64,000 nucleotides of DNA from Gammaproteobacteria bacterium. Lineage in GTDB: Bacteria; Pseudomonadota; Gammaproteobacteria; CAKMZV01. Positions 63,547 through 64,000 of the stretch are shown here, in pieces. The DNA lies in NCBI GenBank assembly GCA_965219665.1, contig CBDCOD010000024.1, positions 209,633 to 273,632 of the forward strand, given 5' to 3'. How positions within the stretch are numbered: the first letter of the stretch is position 1; the number at the start of each line of letters is the position of its first letter. Below the pieces are notes generated by a model that searched no databases, was not told the origin of the DNA, and saw only the letters and a program-made list of their open reading frames with translations. Made by a program: the position numbers and the translations under genes.

Positions 63547-63909
63547 TTAGTTTTCGTATGCGGCTACTGCTTTTTTGAGAGCGGGGAATACATTTTTGTT
63601 TTTACTGATCGGATGCGTCCGTCTTGTCCTAGAGTTAGGTACGGTATTGAGTTGTTCTGAGTATGATGCACTGACTATATAGGCTTCTTTTCTGAGCATA
63701 CTGTAGATAGAATTTAGTGAGCACTTGTATGCGTATGCACTTAGCATTTTCATTCCATCTTTGGTATTTGTATCTACTTTAAGTTTAACATTTCGTTCTA
63801 AGCAATTCAGATAGAACTGTTGTTTAGCATCTTCTTTTGTGATTCGATTGTTGTGATATTTGGTTGCTGTGAAGCGCGACCATGTAATATCAAAACTTTT
63901 GATAAGAGG
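63547..63909 (-). CDS. hypothetical protein fragment (open frame without plausible start until internal Met)
   Basis: Frame open from 63909: PLIKSFDITWSRFTATKYHNNRITKEDAKQQFYLNCLERNVKLKVDTNTKDGMKMLSAYAYKCSLNSIY...KKAVAAYEN*. Located in an AT-rich mobile-element-like region. Confidence 0.2.
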   Translation of the reverse strand, partial: PLIKSFDITWSRFTATKYHNNRITKEDAKQQFYLNCLERNVKLKVDTNTKDGMKMLSAYAYKCSLNSIYSMLRKEAYIVSASYSEQLNTVPNSRTRRTHPISKNKNVFPALKKAVAAYEN

Positions 63910-64000
63910 TTATGTTTTTGCAACAAAAAAAAGAGCGTTGGTTTTGTTTTTTTGGCATGGCTTTTTGTGGTGATTCCTGGATTTCTGCCACTTATTATAT

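Noticed and set aside
42100-64000. Rhombosortase / exosortase gene expected near CTERM-tailed substrates
   Set aside because: No polytopic rhomboid-like (GxSG...H) or exosortase-like ORF is present in the accessory region. Its absence is noted in the findings rather than called.

Overview
The window is a gammaproteobacterial-type chromosome segment with two distinct parts. No rRNA, tRNA, tmRNA, riboswitch or CRISPR array was found.

Positions 1-41.8 kb are a dense, conserved housekeeping backbone.
- Genes present: nuoN, typA/bipA, znuC-znuB-znuA (znuA frameshifted), folK-pcnB, purH-purD, a GNAT gene, a gamma-carbonic-anhydrase-like gene, tag, cysS, rpmI-rplT-pheS-pheT-ihfA plus a MerR-like gene, glyQ-glyS, pgsA, waaA, epmB divergent from efp, gyrB, ribE, ribBA-like, smpB, a manC-like gene with a GT2/GtrA mannosyltransferase, an RDD-family gene, serB, an EamA transporter gene, and ribD-nrdR-glyA.
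- Small probable insertions interrupt the backbone: an AT-rich HEPN-like ORF between pcnB and purH, the 3' stub of an IS3-family transposase, and an NYN-domain ORF between ribBA and smpB.

From about 42.1 kb the window is accessory DNA.
- The core is a head-to-tail tandem array of four repeat units of about 4.8 kb each. Each unit has a conserved 210-bp spacer carrying an extended -10 promoter-like element, followed by a roughly 4.6-kb gene for a roughly 1530-aa secreted protein.
- The protein has a signal peptide, a 6-bladed NHL beta-propeller, cadherin/Ig-like domains, a second NHL propeller and about five more cadherin-like domains.
- It ends in a tripartite C-terminal sorting-signal-like tail: a Gly-run with an invariant Cys, a hydrophobic helix and RRR.
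- Three copies are intact. The fourth has an internal deletion and frameshifts.
- Just upstream of the array is an orphan 63-codon cassette that encodes only the sorting tail.
- The whole block lies between roughly 90%-identical 93-bp direct repeats derived from a phage DUF4373 (Lin1244-like replisome organizer) gene.
- Downstream is a decayed prophage mosaic: a Mu F/SPP1 gp7-like head-morphogenesis pseudogene with an in-frame amber codon and a frameshift, plus phage replication-protein fragments.
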